64,000 bases of DNA from Chiloscyllium plagiosum (taxonomy: Eukaryota): NCBI RefSeq assembly GCF_004010195.1, contig NC_057728.1, forward strand, positions 44,706,279 to 44,770,278. The letters are read 5' to 3'. The stretch's first letter is position 1. Every line of letters begins with the position of its first letter. The position numbers and the translations under genes were made by a program. Positions 12,841-25,867 of this stretch are shown here, one piece after another. The notes beneath the pieces were generated by a model that was given only the letters and a program-made list of their open reading frames with translations, made no database searches and was not told the origin of the DNA.

Positions 12841-15800
12841 AGTGCTACAGTGGGCGCACAGAGGGGAGCCAGAAGGTAAGCGGAGACCAGTTTAAATTAA
12901 CGTTTTTCTTTTCGCAGTCTGTGTTTTTTCAACTAGGAGCGGGAACCCGGAAGTCTTCAACAGAGGCTTCTGGGAAGGTAAGAAGTTTGAATGGAGAAGC
13001 AAGTGTAGTGTCTCCCACCCTCCCTCCTCCTCTAACCTAAAAAAAAGGATTCAGTTGGCTGAACAGGTAAGCTACTTAGTGTTCTTGTTTTGGAGACTAA
13101 GTGTAGAGTTATGGCAGCGCAGGCAGTGGAATGTTCCTCCTGCAGGATGTTTGAGGTAGGGGTGACCACCGATGCTCCTGCCGACTTCATCTGCAGGAAA
13201 TGCAGCCAGCTCTTGCTCCTCACAGACCGTGTTAGGGAACTGGAGCTGGAGTTGGATGAACTGAGGATTATTCGAGAGGCTGAGAGGGTGATAGAAGCTA
13301 CAGGGACATTGTTACGCAAGAGAACAGAGGTAGCTGGGTAACAGTTAGAGGTGGGAAGGGGAGGAAGCAGGCAGTGCAGGGATCCCCTGTAGTTGTTCCC
13401 CTCAACAATAAGTATACCGCTTTGGATACTGTTAGGGGGGATGGCCTAGCAGGGGTAAGCTGCAGTGACCGGGTCTCTGGCACGAGGTCTGGCTCTGAGG
13501 CCCAGAAGGGAAAGGGGGAGAGGTGGACAGCGCTAGTTATAGGAGACTCTATAGTTAGAGGGACAGACAGGCGGTTCTGTGGACATGGGCGAGACTCTCG
13601 GATGGTTTGTTGCCTCCCGGGTGCCAGGGTCCAAGACGTCTCGGACCGTGTCTTCAGAATCCTTAAGGGGGAGGGTGTGCAGCCAGAAGTCGTGGTGCAC
13701 GTTGGCACCAACGACATAGGTAGGAAGAGNNNNNNNNNNNNNNNNNNNNNNNNNNNNNNNNNNNNNNNNNNNNNNNNNNNNNNNNNNNNNNNNNNNNNNN
13801 NNNNNNNNNNNNNNNNNNNNNNNNNNNNNNNNNNNNNNNNNNNNNNNNNNNNNNNNNNNNNNNNNNNNNNNNNNNNNNNNNNNNNNNNNNNNNNNNNNNN
13901 NNNNNNNNNNNNNNNNNNNNNNNNNNNNNNNNNNNNNNNNNNNNNNNNNNNNNNNNNNNNNNNNNNNNNNNNNNNNNNNGTGGATAGAAGAGGGACAGGA
14001 ATGGTTGTTGGAGGTTCCTGGTTACAGATGTTTCAGTAAGATTGGGGGGGTGGTAAAGGAGGGGGAGTGGCGTTGCTAATTAGAAATGGTATAACTGCTG
14101 CAGAAAGACAGTTCGAGGGGGATCTGCCTTTGGAGGTAGTATGGGCTGAAGTCAGAAATAGGAAAGGAGCAGTCACCTTTTTGGGTGTTTACTATAGGAC
14201 CCCCAATAGCAGCAGAGATGTGGAGTAACAGATTGGGAAACAGATTTTGGAAAGGTGCAGAAGCCACAGGATAGCAGTCATGGGCGATTTCAACTTCCCA
14301 AATATTGATTGGAAGCTCTTTAGATCAAGTAGATTGGACGGGGCGGTGTTTGTGCAGTGTGTCCAGGATGTTTTTCTAACTCAGTATGTAGATTGTCCGA
14401 CCAGAGAGGAGGTCATATTGGATTTGGTACTTGGTAACAAACCGGGACAAGTGATGGGCTTGTTTAGTGGGTGAGCATTTTGGTGATGGTGACCACAATT
14501 CTGTGACTTTCACCTTGGTTATGGAGAGAGATAGGTGCATGCAACAGGGCAGGTTTTACAATTGGGGGGGGGGAAGGGTAAATACGATGCTTCAAGACAG
14601 GATCTGAGAAGCATAAATTGGGAGCACAGGCTGTCAGGGAAGAATGTCGTAGAAATGTGGAACTTTTTCAAGGAACATATACGACGTGTCCTTGATATGT
14701 ATGTACTTCTCAGGCAAGAAAGATGGTCATGTGAGGGAACCTTGGTTGATGAGGGAGGTTGAATGTCATGTAAGGAGGAAGAAGGAGGCTTACATAAGGT
14801 TGAGAAAACAGGGTTCAGACAGAGCATTGGAGGGATACAGGATAGCCAGGAGGGAGCTGAAGAAAGGGATTAGGAGAGCTAAGAGTGCATGAAAAATCTT
14901 TGGCAGGTAGGATCAATGATAACCCCAAGGCCTTTTATGCGTATGTGAGAAACATGCGAATGACGAGAATGAGGGTAGGTCCGATCAAGGACAGTAGTGG
15001 GAGACTGTGTATTGAGTCGGAAGAGATAGGAGAGGTCTTGAATGAGTACTTTTCTTCAGTATTTACAAATGAGAGGGACCGTATGGTTGAAGAGGAGAGT
15101 ATGAAACGGACTGGTAAGCTAGAGGAGATACTTGTTAGGAAGGAAGATATGTTGGGCATTTTGAACAACTTGAGGATAGACCAGTCCCCTGAGCCTGACG
15201 GGATGTATCCTAGGATTATGTGGGAAGCAAGAGAGGAAATTGCAAAACCGTTGGCAATGATCTTTTCGTCTTCACTGTCAATGGGGGTGGTACCAGGGGA
15301 CTAGAGAGTGGCAAATGTTGTGCCGCTGTTCAAAAAAGGGAATAGGGATAACCATGGGAATTACAGGCCAGTTAGTCTTACTTCGTGGTAGGCAAAGTAA
15401 TGGAAAGGGTACTGAGAGATAGGATTTATGAGTATCTGGAAAGACACTGCTTGATTAGGGACAGCCAGCACAGATTTGTGAGGGGTAGGTCTTGCCTGAC
15501 AAGTCTTATTGAATTCTTCGAGGAGGTGACCAAGCATGTGGATGAGGGTAGAGCAGTGGATGTAGTGTACATGGATTTATTCCCCATGGTAGGCTTATGC
15601 GGAAGGTCAGGAGGCATGGGATAGTGGGAAGTTTGGCCAGTTGGATAGAGAACTGGCTAACCGGNNNNNNNNNNNNNNNNNNNNNNNNNNNNNNNNNNNN
15701 NNNNNNNNNNNNNNNNNNNNNNNNNNNNNNNNNNNNNNNNNNNNNNNNNNNNNNNNNNNNNNNNNNNNNNNNNNNNNNNNNNNNNNNNNNNNNNNNNNNN

Positions 15801-16470
15801 NNNNNNNNNNNNNNNNNNNNNNNNNNNNNNNNNNNNNNNNNNNNNNNNNNNNNNNNNNGGTAGAGCTTGTAAGAAGGCCTATGGTGTATTAGTGTTCATT
15901 AGCAGAGGGATTGAATTCAAGAGTCGTGAAGTGATGTTGCAACTGTACAGGACTTTGGTTAGGCCACATTTGGAGTACTGTGTGCAGTTCTGGTCGACTC
16001 ACTTTAGGAAAGATGTGGAAGCTTTGGAGAGGGTGCAGAGGAGATTTACCAGGATGTTGCCTGGAATGGAGAATAGGTCGTACGAGGATAGATTGAGAGT
16101 GCTAGGCCTTTTCTCATTGAAACAGCGAAGGATGAGGGGTGACTTGATTGAGGTTTATAAGATGATCAGGGGAATAGATAGACAGTCAGAAACTTTTTCC
16201 CCGGGTACAACAGTGTGTTACAAGGGGACATAAAGTTAAGGTGAAGGGTGGAAGGTATAGGGGAGATGTCAGGGGTAGGTTCTTTACCCAGAGAGTGGTG
16301 GGGACATGGAATGTGCTGCCTGTGGGAGTGGTAGAGTCAGAATCATTGGTGACCTTTAAATGGCAATTGGATAGGTACATGGATAGGTGCTTAAGCTAGG
16401 ACAAATGTTCGGCACAACATCGTGGGCCGAAGGGCCTGTTCTGTGCTATATTGTTCTGTCTATATTCTAT
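12841..16470 (+). mobile_element. Near full-length CR1 LINE (5' UTR, ORF1, ORF2, 3' UTR), decayed, with two N-gaps
   Basis: ORF1 zinc finger/zipper + esterase. ORF2 APE motifs (MGDFNFPNIDW, LDLVLGN) and RT motifs (SCLTSLIEFFEEV). gggccgaagggcctgttctgtgct 3' end. Confidence 0.93.
13111..13729 (+). pseudogene. CR1 ORF1: CxxC..CxxC zinc finger, leucine zipper and SGNH/GDSL esterase (frameshifted)
   Basis: MAAQAVECSSC..ICRKC..LTDRVRELELELDEL; VIGDSIVRG; CLPGARV; VVHVGTND. Confidence 0.88.
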
Positions 16471-16623
16471 CGACAAACACATTGACTTGGATCCCTGAGA
16501 AAATGAACAGGAAATGACATTGCCATCGGAAATGGTTTCCACAGAAAATGACATCACCAACCCAAGGAAACTTAAACATACAAATAGAAAGCGTGCTACA
16601 CTACCAGTGCTTTATTCGGAGGC

Positions 16624-16663
16624 TCACTGAAGATGTTACCTAGTATGGTGGTGAAATGTCTGA
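16624..16663 (+). ncRNA. Minimal hammerhead motif of the Poseidon pLTR
   Basis: tca-CTGAAGA-t-GTTACC tagtat GGTGGT-GAAA-TG-TC-tga. Homologous copies at 11667-11706(-), 55166-55209(-) and 56897-56938(+). Confidence 0.65.
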
Positions 16664-19099
16664 AAATGAACCTGCCAGCTCAGCGAGCAAACTTGCATCC
16701 ATAATTAGTCTTATGTCTGTGGTCAGCAAGGTTTTGGAAAGAATTCAGGGATAGGATTTATAACTATTTGGAAAAGCATTGCGTGATTAAAGGCAATTAG
16801 CATGGCTTTGAGGGGCAGGTCATGCCTCACAAATTTTATTGAGTTCTTTGAGGAGGTGACAAAACAGGTTGACAAAGGTCGACCAGTGGATGTGGTGTAT
16901 ATGGACTTCAGCAAGGCATTTGAAAGGTTCCCCACCGTAGGCTCATTCCTAAAGCCAGGAGAGATGGGATACAGGGAGTTTGGCTGTCTGGATTCAGAAT
17001 TGGTTGGTTGACAGAATGCAGAGATTGTAGATGGAATGTATTCTGCCTGGAGGTCAGCGGTGGGTGGTGTCCCACAGAGCTCTGTTCTTCGGTCTCTGTT
17101 CTTTGTAGTTTTTATAAATGACTTGAATGAGGAGGTTGAGGGGTGGGTGAGTTGATTTGCTGAGGTACCGTTGATAGTATCGAGGGGTATTGCAGGCTGC
17201 AGCGTGACATAAACAGGATGCAGAGCTGGGTTGAGAAATGGCAGATGGAGTTCAACCTGGATAAATGCAAAGTGATACATTTTGGAAGGTTGCACTCGAA
17301 TGCTGAATATAGGATTAAAGACAGGATTCTTTGTAGTGTGGAGGAGCAGCAGGATCTTGGTATTAAAGTGTATGGATCCCTCAAAGTTGCCACCCAAATG
17401 GATAGGTTTGTTAAGAAAGCATATTGTGTATTGGCTTTCGCTAACCGGGGGATTGAGTTTAAGAGCTGTGAGGTTTTGCTGCAGCTCTTCAAAACCCTGG
17501 TGAGACCACACTTGGACTATTGTGTCCAGTTCTGGTCGCCCTATTATAGGATAGATAGAGGCTTTGGAGAAGGTGCAAAGAAGGTTTACCAGGATGCTGC
17601 TGGACTGGAAGTCTTGTCTTATGAAACGAGGTTGACCAAGCTCGGACTTTTCTTTCTGGAGAGAAGGAAGAGTAGAGGTGACCTGATCAAGGTATACAAG
17701 GTAATGAGAAGCATGGATAGAGTTAATAGCCAGAGACCTTTCCCCAGGGTAGGATTGACAGGCACGAAGATATATGGAGGAAGGTATAGAGGAGATGTCA
17801 GAGGTAGGTTATTTACAGAGTTGTGAATGCATGGAATGTGTTGCCAGCTGTGGTGGAAGCAGAGTCATTAGGGACATTTAAGCAACTGCTGGACATGCAC
17901 ATGGACAGCAGTGAATTGAAGGATGTATAGGTTAGGTAATTATATTTTAGATTAGGAATAATCCTCGGCCCAACATTGTGGGCGAAGGGCCTGTTCTGTG
18001 CTGTACTTTATGTTCAATGTTCTGTCTCCTTCAAATTATGTGCTTGCAGGTCGTATTAAAATTCAAAAGTTTTCATTTAGGCCTACAAATATCAGCAGGG
18101 TCAGTGACTGCATTCCCAAGTGAGCCCCTTCTGGAACTGACATCCAAATACATGCCTCCACTCTCATTTCTCCATGCAACCCATTCCCTTCAGGATACTT
18201 AAAGGGGATGACTACATCAGACTTCAGTATTTGAACAGAGTAAAAGTCAGATGTGGTGGGAGGGACATGTTTGACTGACTCAGATTGGGGGCAGTAATAA
18301 TTAGAAGCAGCACAAATCACAACCATGGTCCAAAGTGAAATAATCACAAATTACTATTATATCCTGCCTGACATAATTCTGCACCTTTCTTGGGTTTCAA
18401 CAAGACTTTAAAAGGGCAAGTTTTAAAATCTCACTTTTGTTGTGTTAACTTTAGAATTTGGAGAACAACACAAAACAACTGAAGAACACATTAGATGTCA
18501 TTGCTATGCAATGGAAATTGCCAAATTGCCAAGGGACTAGCTTTGCAATTGATGACTAATGTCAGAAAATTTAGATCTAAGGAAAAGTTAGAATAGCCTG
18601 TGTCCATCAACTTTGAAGGGAGAAAAATGTCAAGGTTACACCAAAATATAAGAATTAAAATTGAAAATGTAAATCATGAACATAATTTCAAGCTAAACAC
18701 AGTTTCAGGTGAAGAATCCAAGTCCAAGACTGATATCACTGAACACCTCTTTGCATAAAGAGCAATTAACGCTGAGAAGGCTAGAATATTCTTCTGAATA
18801 GGGTACTAGAGGAAACATTTCTAGAGTCATCAAGGAAACGTTAGTTGTTTTTAAGATTTTTATTAATTTTCACAGTTTTCCATATCTTCCTGTCACAGGT
18901 TATTTTCATCATTCTAAAGTGCTCTTTTTAAGAGACCAGTAACTCAACCAATGAACAGACAATCACCATGTTACTGGGACTTGCAATCACAGATATGCTA
19001 CTGGATTTGCTTTTTGAATATAGGTGAAACAAAACACATTTTGTCGCAAAAGATAATTCTAACAAAGATGGAGGACGGAAAAAAATTGTGGTAAGAGCT

Positions 19100-21985
19100 G
19101 TTCCTTTTTTGAGAGATTCTCGGTGTTAGAGTTGATTTCCTCAAATTCTAGGAGCAGTAATTACTGTTTTTTAAGCTGTTGCATTACTTTGGAACTTTGG
19201 GGAAAAATGATCAAAACAACAGCACTTTGAAAAAGGAGAACGATAGACAAAGGTAGTGAACCACATGGGGAGTAATTCAAAAGGGGAAAGATACTTACAC
19301 TTCTGTCTGTCCCAGCATGTGAATCTGCACAGCTGCTGCCTCTGCTGTAAGATTTTCAAGTATCTCTGGACATCAGAGTTAGTCTAAGAAAAATGAACAA
19401 AATAAAATTCACAGCTGACCTTGGAGAAACCTGTGTGAGAGAGCTCACAGCAGGGTAGCTGCTAAGTGGCTTTTTAAATGTAACCTTGCTGTTTATTTTG
19501 TAAAGCTACAATAGCAAGTAGAGTGGGTTCTTTGATATGTTTTATTGATCTGTTTCTGGATTAAACTTGAAAAATATAAAACATAGGTACTAAGTTAGCG
19601 TGGAGCAGTGCTTTTTTAGAACTGTAAAACTGTGTTGTTTACCAGGGTCTATGAATTGTTAAGGTGCAAAGATGGCCTTTCGTAGAGTGATGTGCGCTTC
19701 CTGTCGGATGTGGGAGATTAAGGAGAGTTTCCATGTTACTGATGATTATGTCTGCAGGAAGTGTGTTTGGTTGTGAATCCTATCAGATTGCATGGATCAG
19801 TTCCAGCGGCAGTTAGAGGCAATACAAATTTACTGAAGCAAAGGGGTGTGATGGATGGGCAGTTGTAGGAAAGGAGAAAACCCACAGATATGTCAGGAGA
19901 TGGATAACCTCCAGGAAAGATAGGAGAGGGAGGCAGGTCATGCAGGAGTCTTCTGGGGCTATCCCTGTCTCAAACAAGATTGGAAAATGTAGGGGGTGAT
20001 GGACTCTCAAGGGAATGTAGCATAAACAGCCATGTTTCTGGCATCGAGACCGCCTCTAATGTAACAGGGGGGGTGTCAGGTTCCAAGTGATCACTTGTGA
20101 TAGGGACTTTCTAGTCAGAAGCACAGACAGATGTTTCTGTGGCCAACAGTGAGAATTCAGAATGGTGTGTTTCCTCCCTGGTGCCAGGATCAAGGATATC
20201 TTGGAGAGGGTGCAGAATATTCTCAAAGGGGAGAAGGGCAAGAAGGAGGTCGTTGTAAACATTGGAACTAATGATTCAGGGAGAGAAAAGGATGAGATTC
20301 TGATGAGAAAATATAGGAAGTTGGCAGGAATTTCAAATGGAGGTCCTCTAGGGTAATATCTGGATTGCTCTTGGTGCCATGAATTTAGTGAGTATAGGTA
20401 TAGGAAGAGAGAGCAGATAAATGTGTTACTAAGGAGCTAGTGCAGGGGAGAAGGATTCACATTTCTGGATCGTTAAAATCTCTTCTGGGGTAGAAGTGAC
20501 CTGTACGAGAAGGACTGATTGCACCTGAATTGGAAAGGGACTAATACACTGGGGAAATTTGCTAGAGCTGCTCGGGAGGACTTAAGCTAACAAGGTTGGT
20601 TGGGTGGAACCTGGAGAGATAGTGAGGAAAGAGATCAGTCTGACACAGTTCAGAAAAAGAGTAATTCAAACAGTTAGGACAGGTAGGAACAAAGCAGAGA
20701 ACGAGGTAGAACAGATAAATTAAACTGCACTTATTTCATTGCACGAGGCCTAACAAATAAGGCAGCTGAACTCCGAGCATGGTTGGGAACGTGGGACTAG
20801 GATATCATAGCAGTTATAGAGATGTGGCTCAGGGATGAACAGGACTGGCAGCTTAATGTTCCAGGGTATAGGTGCTATATAGGTGAAAGATNNNNNNNNN
20901 NGGGGGGGGGGGGGGGAGACAAGAGAGGAGGGGGAGTGGAACTTTGATTAGGGATAACATTATGACTGTATATACAGAGGATACAGAACTGGCTTGAAGG
21001 TAGAATACAGAGTGGAGGGGGAGGGTTGCTTTTCAGACTGGAGGCCAGTGACCAGAAGTGTGCCACAAGGATCAGTATTTTTTACCATTTATTTAAATGG
21101 TTTTGATATGAACATTGGAGGTATGGTTAGTAAGTTTGCAGATGACACCAAAATTGGAGGTGTAGTGGACAACGAAGAAGGTTACCTCAGATTACAATAG
21201 GATCTGGACCAGATGGGCCAATGGGCCAAGGAGTTTAATTTCGATAAATGTGAGGTGCTATATTTTGGAAAGGCATATACACTTAATGGAAAGGTCCTTG
21301 GGAATGTTGCTGAACAAAGAGACCGTGGATTACAGGTTCATAGTTCCTTGAAAATGGAGTCACAGGTAGATAGGGTAGTAAAGAAGGTGTGTGTTAGCCA
21401 GTGCATTGAACAAAAGGAGTTGGAATAGCATGTTGCGGCTGTACAGCACGGAGGTTAGGTCACTTTTAGACTACTACATTCAGTTCTGGTCTCCCTGCTA
21501 TAGGAAGGATACTCTGAACCTTGAAAGGATTCAGAAAAGATTTACAAGGATGTTGCCAGGGTTGGACGGTTTGAGTTCTAAGGTGAGGCTGAATAGACTT
21601 TTCCCTGGAGTGCGGAGGCTGAGGGATGACCTTATAGAGGTTTAGAAAATATGAGCGGCATGGATAGATTAAATAGACAAGTTCTTTAGTGTGGAGGAGC
21701 CCAGAACTAGAGGGTATAGGTTTAAGGTGAGAGGGGAAAGATTTGAAAGGGACCTAAGGGGCAACATTTTCATGCAGAGGGTGGCATATGTTTGGAAGGA
21801 GCTATCAGAGGAATTCATGGAGGTTGGTACAATTGCAACACCTAAAAGACATCTGGATGGGTTTATGAATAGGAAGGATTTAGAGGGATGTTGGCAATTG
21901 GGACTAAATTAGGTTAGGATATTTGGTCAGTACGGACAAGTTTGACTGAAGTGTCTGTTTCTATGCATTACATCTCTGACTGTAT
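19100..21985 (+). mobile_element. Decayed CR1 with ORF1 (zinc finger, esterase), APE start and RT 3' part; internally deleted
   Basis: CASCRMW..VCRKC, FLPGARIKD..NIGTND, VPQGS..SKFADDTKIGG, CR1 3' end. The 5' boundary is uncertain. Confidence 0.8.
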
Positions 21986-22543
21986 AACACTATAATTGCC
22001 TCCAAAAAAAAGCCTCCGGGGCACTCCAGAACACAGAAAATCTGAGTGCAATTCTGGTTGTTAATAATTTCAAATCTTTTGAATTTCCATCACCTAATGC
22101 ATACAAAGATGAGAAGTGCAGGAAATTAGGCTATCTGGAAGAAAGTTTTTGGACATGGGTAACTTCTCCATTTCAGCTTATTTGTGTGTATTCAATTTCA
22201 ATTACTTTTAGAATTGCACAGCATTAGCAACTTTTCCAAGTATAAACATGACGTTTTCCCTCACCATTGACAATTCTTTTCATAAAGTTCAATTTCACAA
22301 TTGTTGGTGCCATTGACAACTCCACTATATTATCTGGTATGAAGATCATGGACTCTGTTGAGAAAGTCAGGAATGTTAATGACCAGTTTCCATGACACCA
22401 TTTCTTCCTGAATTTAATAGCATGACCTAGATTTCCTCTTCATTTTTAGATGGAGGATGCATAGAAGAATTCATATCCTGGATACAAGCAAGGCCACACT
22501 GCTTTGAGTAATTCTATTCTCTACCAACTTTCAATGCTGGATT

Positions 22544-23110
22544 TAAAACCAGAAATTGCTGAAAAACTCAGCAGGTTTGGCAGCACTTGTGGGGATAAAG
22601 TAGACTTAACATTTCGGGTCCAGTGACACTTCTTCAGAACTGATTTTAGCTAGGAACAGGTTGGTGGATATCTCAAGATGGGTTGGGGGGAGAGGGGAGG
22701 AGTAAGTGACAGTTGGCGATGAAGCCCAGAGAGAGAAAAACACATTCCTTTTTCTGCCCAAATGTGTTTCTCTCTCTTTTCATCTTCAACTAGTAGTTAC
22801 TCCTCCTCGCTCCCTTTACCTTATCTTGTCGACATACAGCATATATACCAACTTTTCCTAACTAAAAGCAATTCTGAAGATGTTACTGGACTCGAAACAT
22901 TAAATCTGCTTTTTTGTCACAGATGCTACCCGATTCCTGAAGAGGGGTTATGCCCGAAACGTCGATTCTCTTGCTCCTCGGATGCTGCCTGGCCTGCTGT
23001 GTTATTCCATCATCAAATTTTTCAACAGATGCTACTCGATCTACCAAGTTTTTCCAGCAATTTGTCTTTGTTTCTGATTTCCAGCATCTTCAGTTTCTTT
23101 GGTATTTGTT
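22544..23110. mobile_element. Family B PLE mini-element made of two inverted pLTR arms
   Basis: Minus arm 22544-~22745 and plus arm ~22765-23110, both with CTGAAGA..GAAA cores. Degenerate TSD ttcaatg(g)ctg(g/a)att at 22530-22543 and 23112-23126. Confidence 0.75.
22935..23024 (+). mobile_element. Family A pLTR inserted inside a family B pLTR
   Basis: CTGAAGAggggttatgcccGAAACGTC. Flanked by acagatgctac(c/t)cgat at 22919-22934 and 23025-23040. Confidence 0.85.
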
Positions 23111-24024
23111 CTTCAATGGCTGAATTGGCTGATAATAGACTCAATATGATCACAAAAGCTGAATAGTCGCTATTGAACCCCATTTTCAGACTCTATGGCA
23201 CAGAACTGAATGAGCACCTTTGAAATAAAGTTGTCCATTGTGTTTCCAGGGAAAAGGAAACAAACAACATTTTGCAAAATATTGAACAGTATCATACCTG
23301 CTTACCACAGGTCTTTGACAATTAATTTTATGAGCTTCTGAGAGAATTATTTCTTTTGAAGTATTTTTGAAGGCCCATTTGTTTACACTTTGTTAATAGT
23401 TTTATGAGAATTTAATAACACTTCATCTTTTTCGAAGGACATTTTATTTATTTTGACAGCTTATTGAGCATTTAACTTCCCTGAGTTATTATAGAGTTCA
23501 TGATTTCTTCCCATTGTGAATAAAGGATGTGAAGGGTATAAAGGATGCATGATGGTAAGGAGGGAACTTGGTGTAAATATGATAGAGATGAGGGCATGTT
23601 AATGGCAAGGGAATAGGAATATGTATGGCAGATGTGGTGGTCATGGAAGATGCATGAGGGATATGGAAGGAATATGAGGGAGTATAGAGGATTCATGGCA
23701 GACTTGGAATCAACATGAGAGATATGAAAAGGCATTGGAGATGCATGGGTTGTCGGGTGTTCTGATGACTAAAATTCATTTGCAGATCTGGGCCAGATTC
23801 TATGAATGTAGGTGGGCCTTTAAAACAGCAGGCCTTAACATTTGTTTGCCTTTGCTCCCACCATGAACATACTTTTGGAGGTAGCAGCCCCAGCTCCAGT
23901 CGATTCATGCTGTAGTGAATCAAAATACCTTGGTGAGCACTGCCAGGGAGACTAAAATGTTGGTAATTGGCCTGATTCATAATTTCTACCTCAAGGGTGA
24001 AAATCTGAGTCATAAAATCTAGAA

Positions 24025-24860
24025 ACAAGAATAGGCAATCATCCCCTCAAAAGTATTCCACCATTCAATAAGATCATGGATGATCTGATGGTGGCCTTCA
24101 CTTCTCTGTCTGTTCATCATAATCCAGAACTCACTTGTCAATCACAATGTATTCAATGATACAGTCTCCACTACGCACGAAGGAAGAAAACCCTCAAGTA
24201 CAACAACATCTTGAGAGAAGGAAAATCTACAATTTGTCCATCTTAATTGGAAAGCCCCTTGATTTTAAATGATGTCTCTTAGTCCTAAACTTCCCTACAA
24301 TGGGAATTAATATCTCAGCATTCACTTTGAGTCCCTTCAGAATTGTGTGCTTTTCAATAGATCACATCCCATGCTTCTAAGCTCCATTGCAAATCTACTC
24401 ACCCTTTCTTTATATGACAACCTGTTCATTTCAGGAAACAGCTAAGTAAATCTTTTCTGAATTGCTTCCACTGCAATTATATTGTTCCTTAAGTAGAAGC
24501 TAAAACTGTGTATGATCCTCCAGATGCAGACACACATTAGTTTCCCCTTTATTTTCTCCATTCCCCTTGCAATAAAGGGGAACATTCTATTTGCCTTGTC
24601 AATCACACACTATACTTGTATATTAACTTTTGGTGATTCAAGTATCGTGACACCCAAAATTCCACTACATCTTGATTTTCTGCAGTCTCTCTCTACGTAA
24701 ATAATATTTTGCTTTTCTAATCATCCTGTCAAAATGGACAAGGTCCAGCTCTCATTATTATCCATCTCCCATCCACTTCCTCACACGATTAGCCTATTTA
24801 TTTCCATGTGCAGACTGTGTCCTCTTGAAAATTTGTTTTTGAACCTATCTTTGTGTTGTC
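24025..24860 (-). mobile_element. Old CR1 3' fragment
   Basis: Antisense CR1 3' UTR (ccaccattcaataagatcatgg) and decayed RT C-terminus. Probably continues at ~26500-27640. Confidence 0.55.
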
Positions 24861-24870
24861 ATGATTGTGA

Positions 24871-25152
24871 TAGATTAGATTCCCGACAGAGTGGAAACAT
24901 GCCCTTCAGCCCAACTAGTCCACACCGACCCTCCGAGTAACCCACACAGACCCATTTCCCTCCAACTAATGCACCTAACACTATTGGCAATTTAGCATGG
25001 CCAATTCACCTGACCTGCACATCTTTGGACTGTGGGAGGAAACCCACGCAGACACGGAGCATGTGTAAACTCCACACAGACAGTCACCCAAGGCTGGAAT
25101 TGAACCGGGGACCCTGATGCTGTGAGGTAGCAGTGCTAACCACTGAGCCACC
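24871..25152 (-). mobile_element. HE1-like V-SINE
   Basis: (tagat)n tail, V-domain core, antisense A and B boxes. Confidence 0.88.
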
Positions 25153-25558
25153 AAAGATCATTGAATTGAGACTTACTTAATCTAATTTTAATATTCAAGA
25201 ATTTCATGGGTTGAATTGATTTCATGACTGTATTATGCCAGGCAAGGGGGAGGAACTTCAGGCGATAGATAGGGAAATTAGTAAAGTAGAAAGCATAAGG
25301 TTTGGTACAAGAAAGAGCAAACATCTTCTACTGTTCAAGTGTACACTTCCTCCTATACAACAATAGAGATGGAGAGGTGTGGTTTTTAATGTATCGAAAA
25401 AGAAAAAAAAAACTGATGTATAAATGACCACAAATTGGGCCAAATATCATCTGCCCATCACTGAATTGGAATCAGCCTAAATTTAATTTAACATTTTTTT
25501 ATCAAGAGATTGAATCCCCAGTTAGGGATGAAGAAAAATTTACTTCCTGTATCTCCAA

Positions 25559-25867
25559 GGGTGGCATGGTAGCTCAGGGGTTAGCATTGCTGCCTCAAAG
25601 CACAAGGGACCTGAGTTCGATTCCACTTTCGGGCAACTGTCTGTTCTCCCTATGTTTGCGTGGGTTTCTTCCGGGTGCTCTGATTTTCTCTCACAGATGT
25701 GCAGGTTAGGTGGATTGGCTGTGCTAAATTGCCCATATTGTCAGGGATGTGTAGGTTAGTGGGCCAACTATGGGAAAATCAAAGTTACAGGTATAGGATG
25801 GGTCTGGGTGGGATGCTCTTCAGTGGATTGGTGTGGACTGACTGGCCTGTTTCCACACTGTAGGGAT
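25559..25867 (+). mobile_element. HE1-like V-SINE
   Basis: ggtggcatggtagctcaggggttagc A box, gagttcgattcc B box, gatgtgcaggttaggtggattggc core, cctgtttccacactgtaggga end. Confidence 0.85.

Larger units (their letters stand above)
11590..16702. mobile_element. Poseidon-type PLE with inverted arms (minus 11590-12660; plus 12655-12840 and 16465-16702), split by a nested CR1
   Basis: Minus-strand WIRHVDDTFVI..LPFLDVTV..VYRKTTHT, LPYIKDISE and NVIYKMPCKNCNK. The plus arm repeats the GIY-YIG 3' end and pLTR. Confidence 0.9.
9180..18022 (+). mobile_element. CR1 ORF2/3' UTR (host element) broken by nested PLE and CR1 insertions
   Basis: CR1 ORF2 pieces at 9180-9704, 9844-10094, 11319-11585 and 16706-18022 are collinear (LDLVL, SCLTNFIEFFEEVTK, VYMDFSKAF, KCKVIHFG). 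CR1 3' UTR at the end. Confidence 0.9.
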
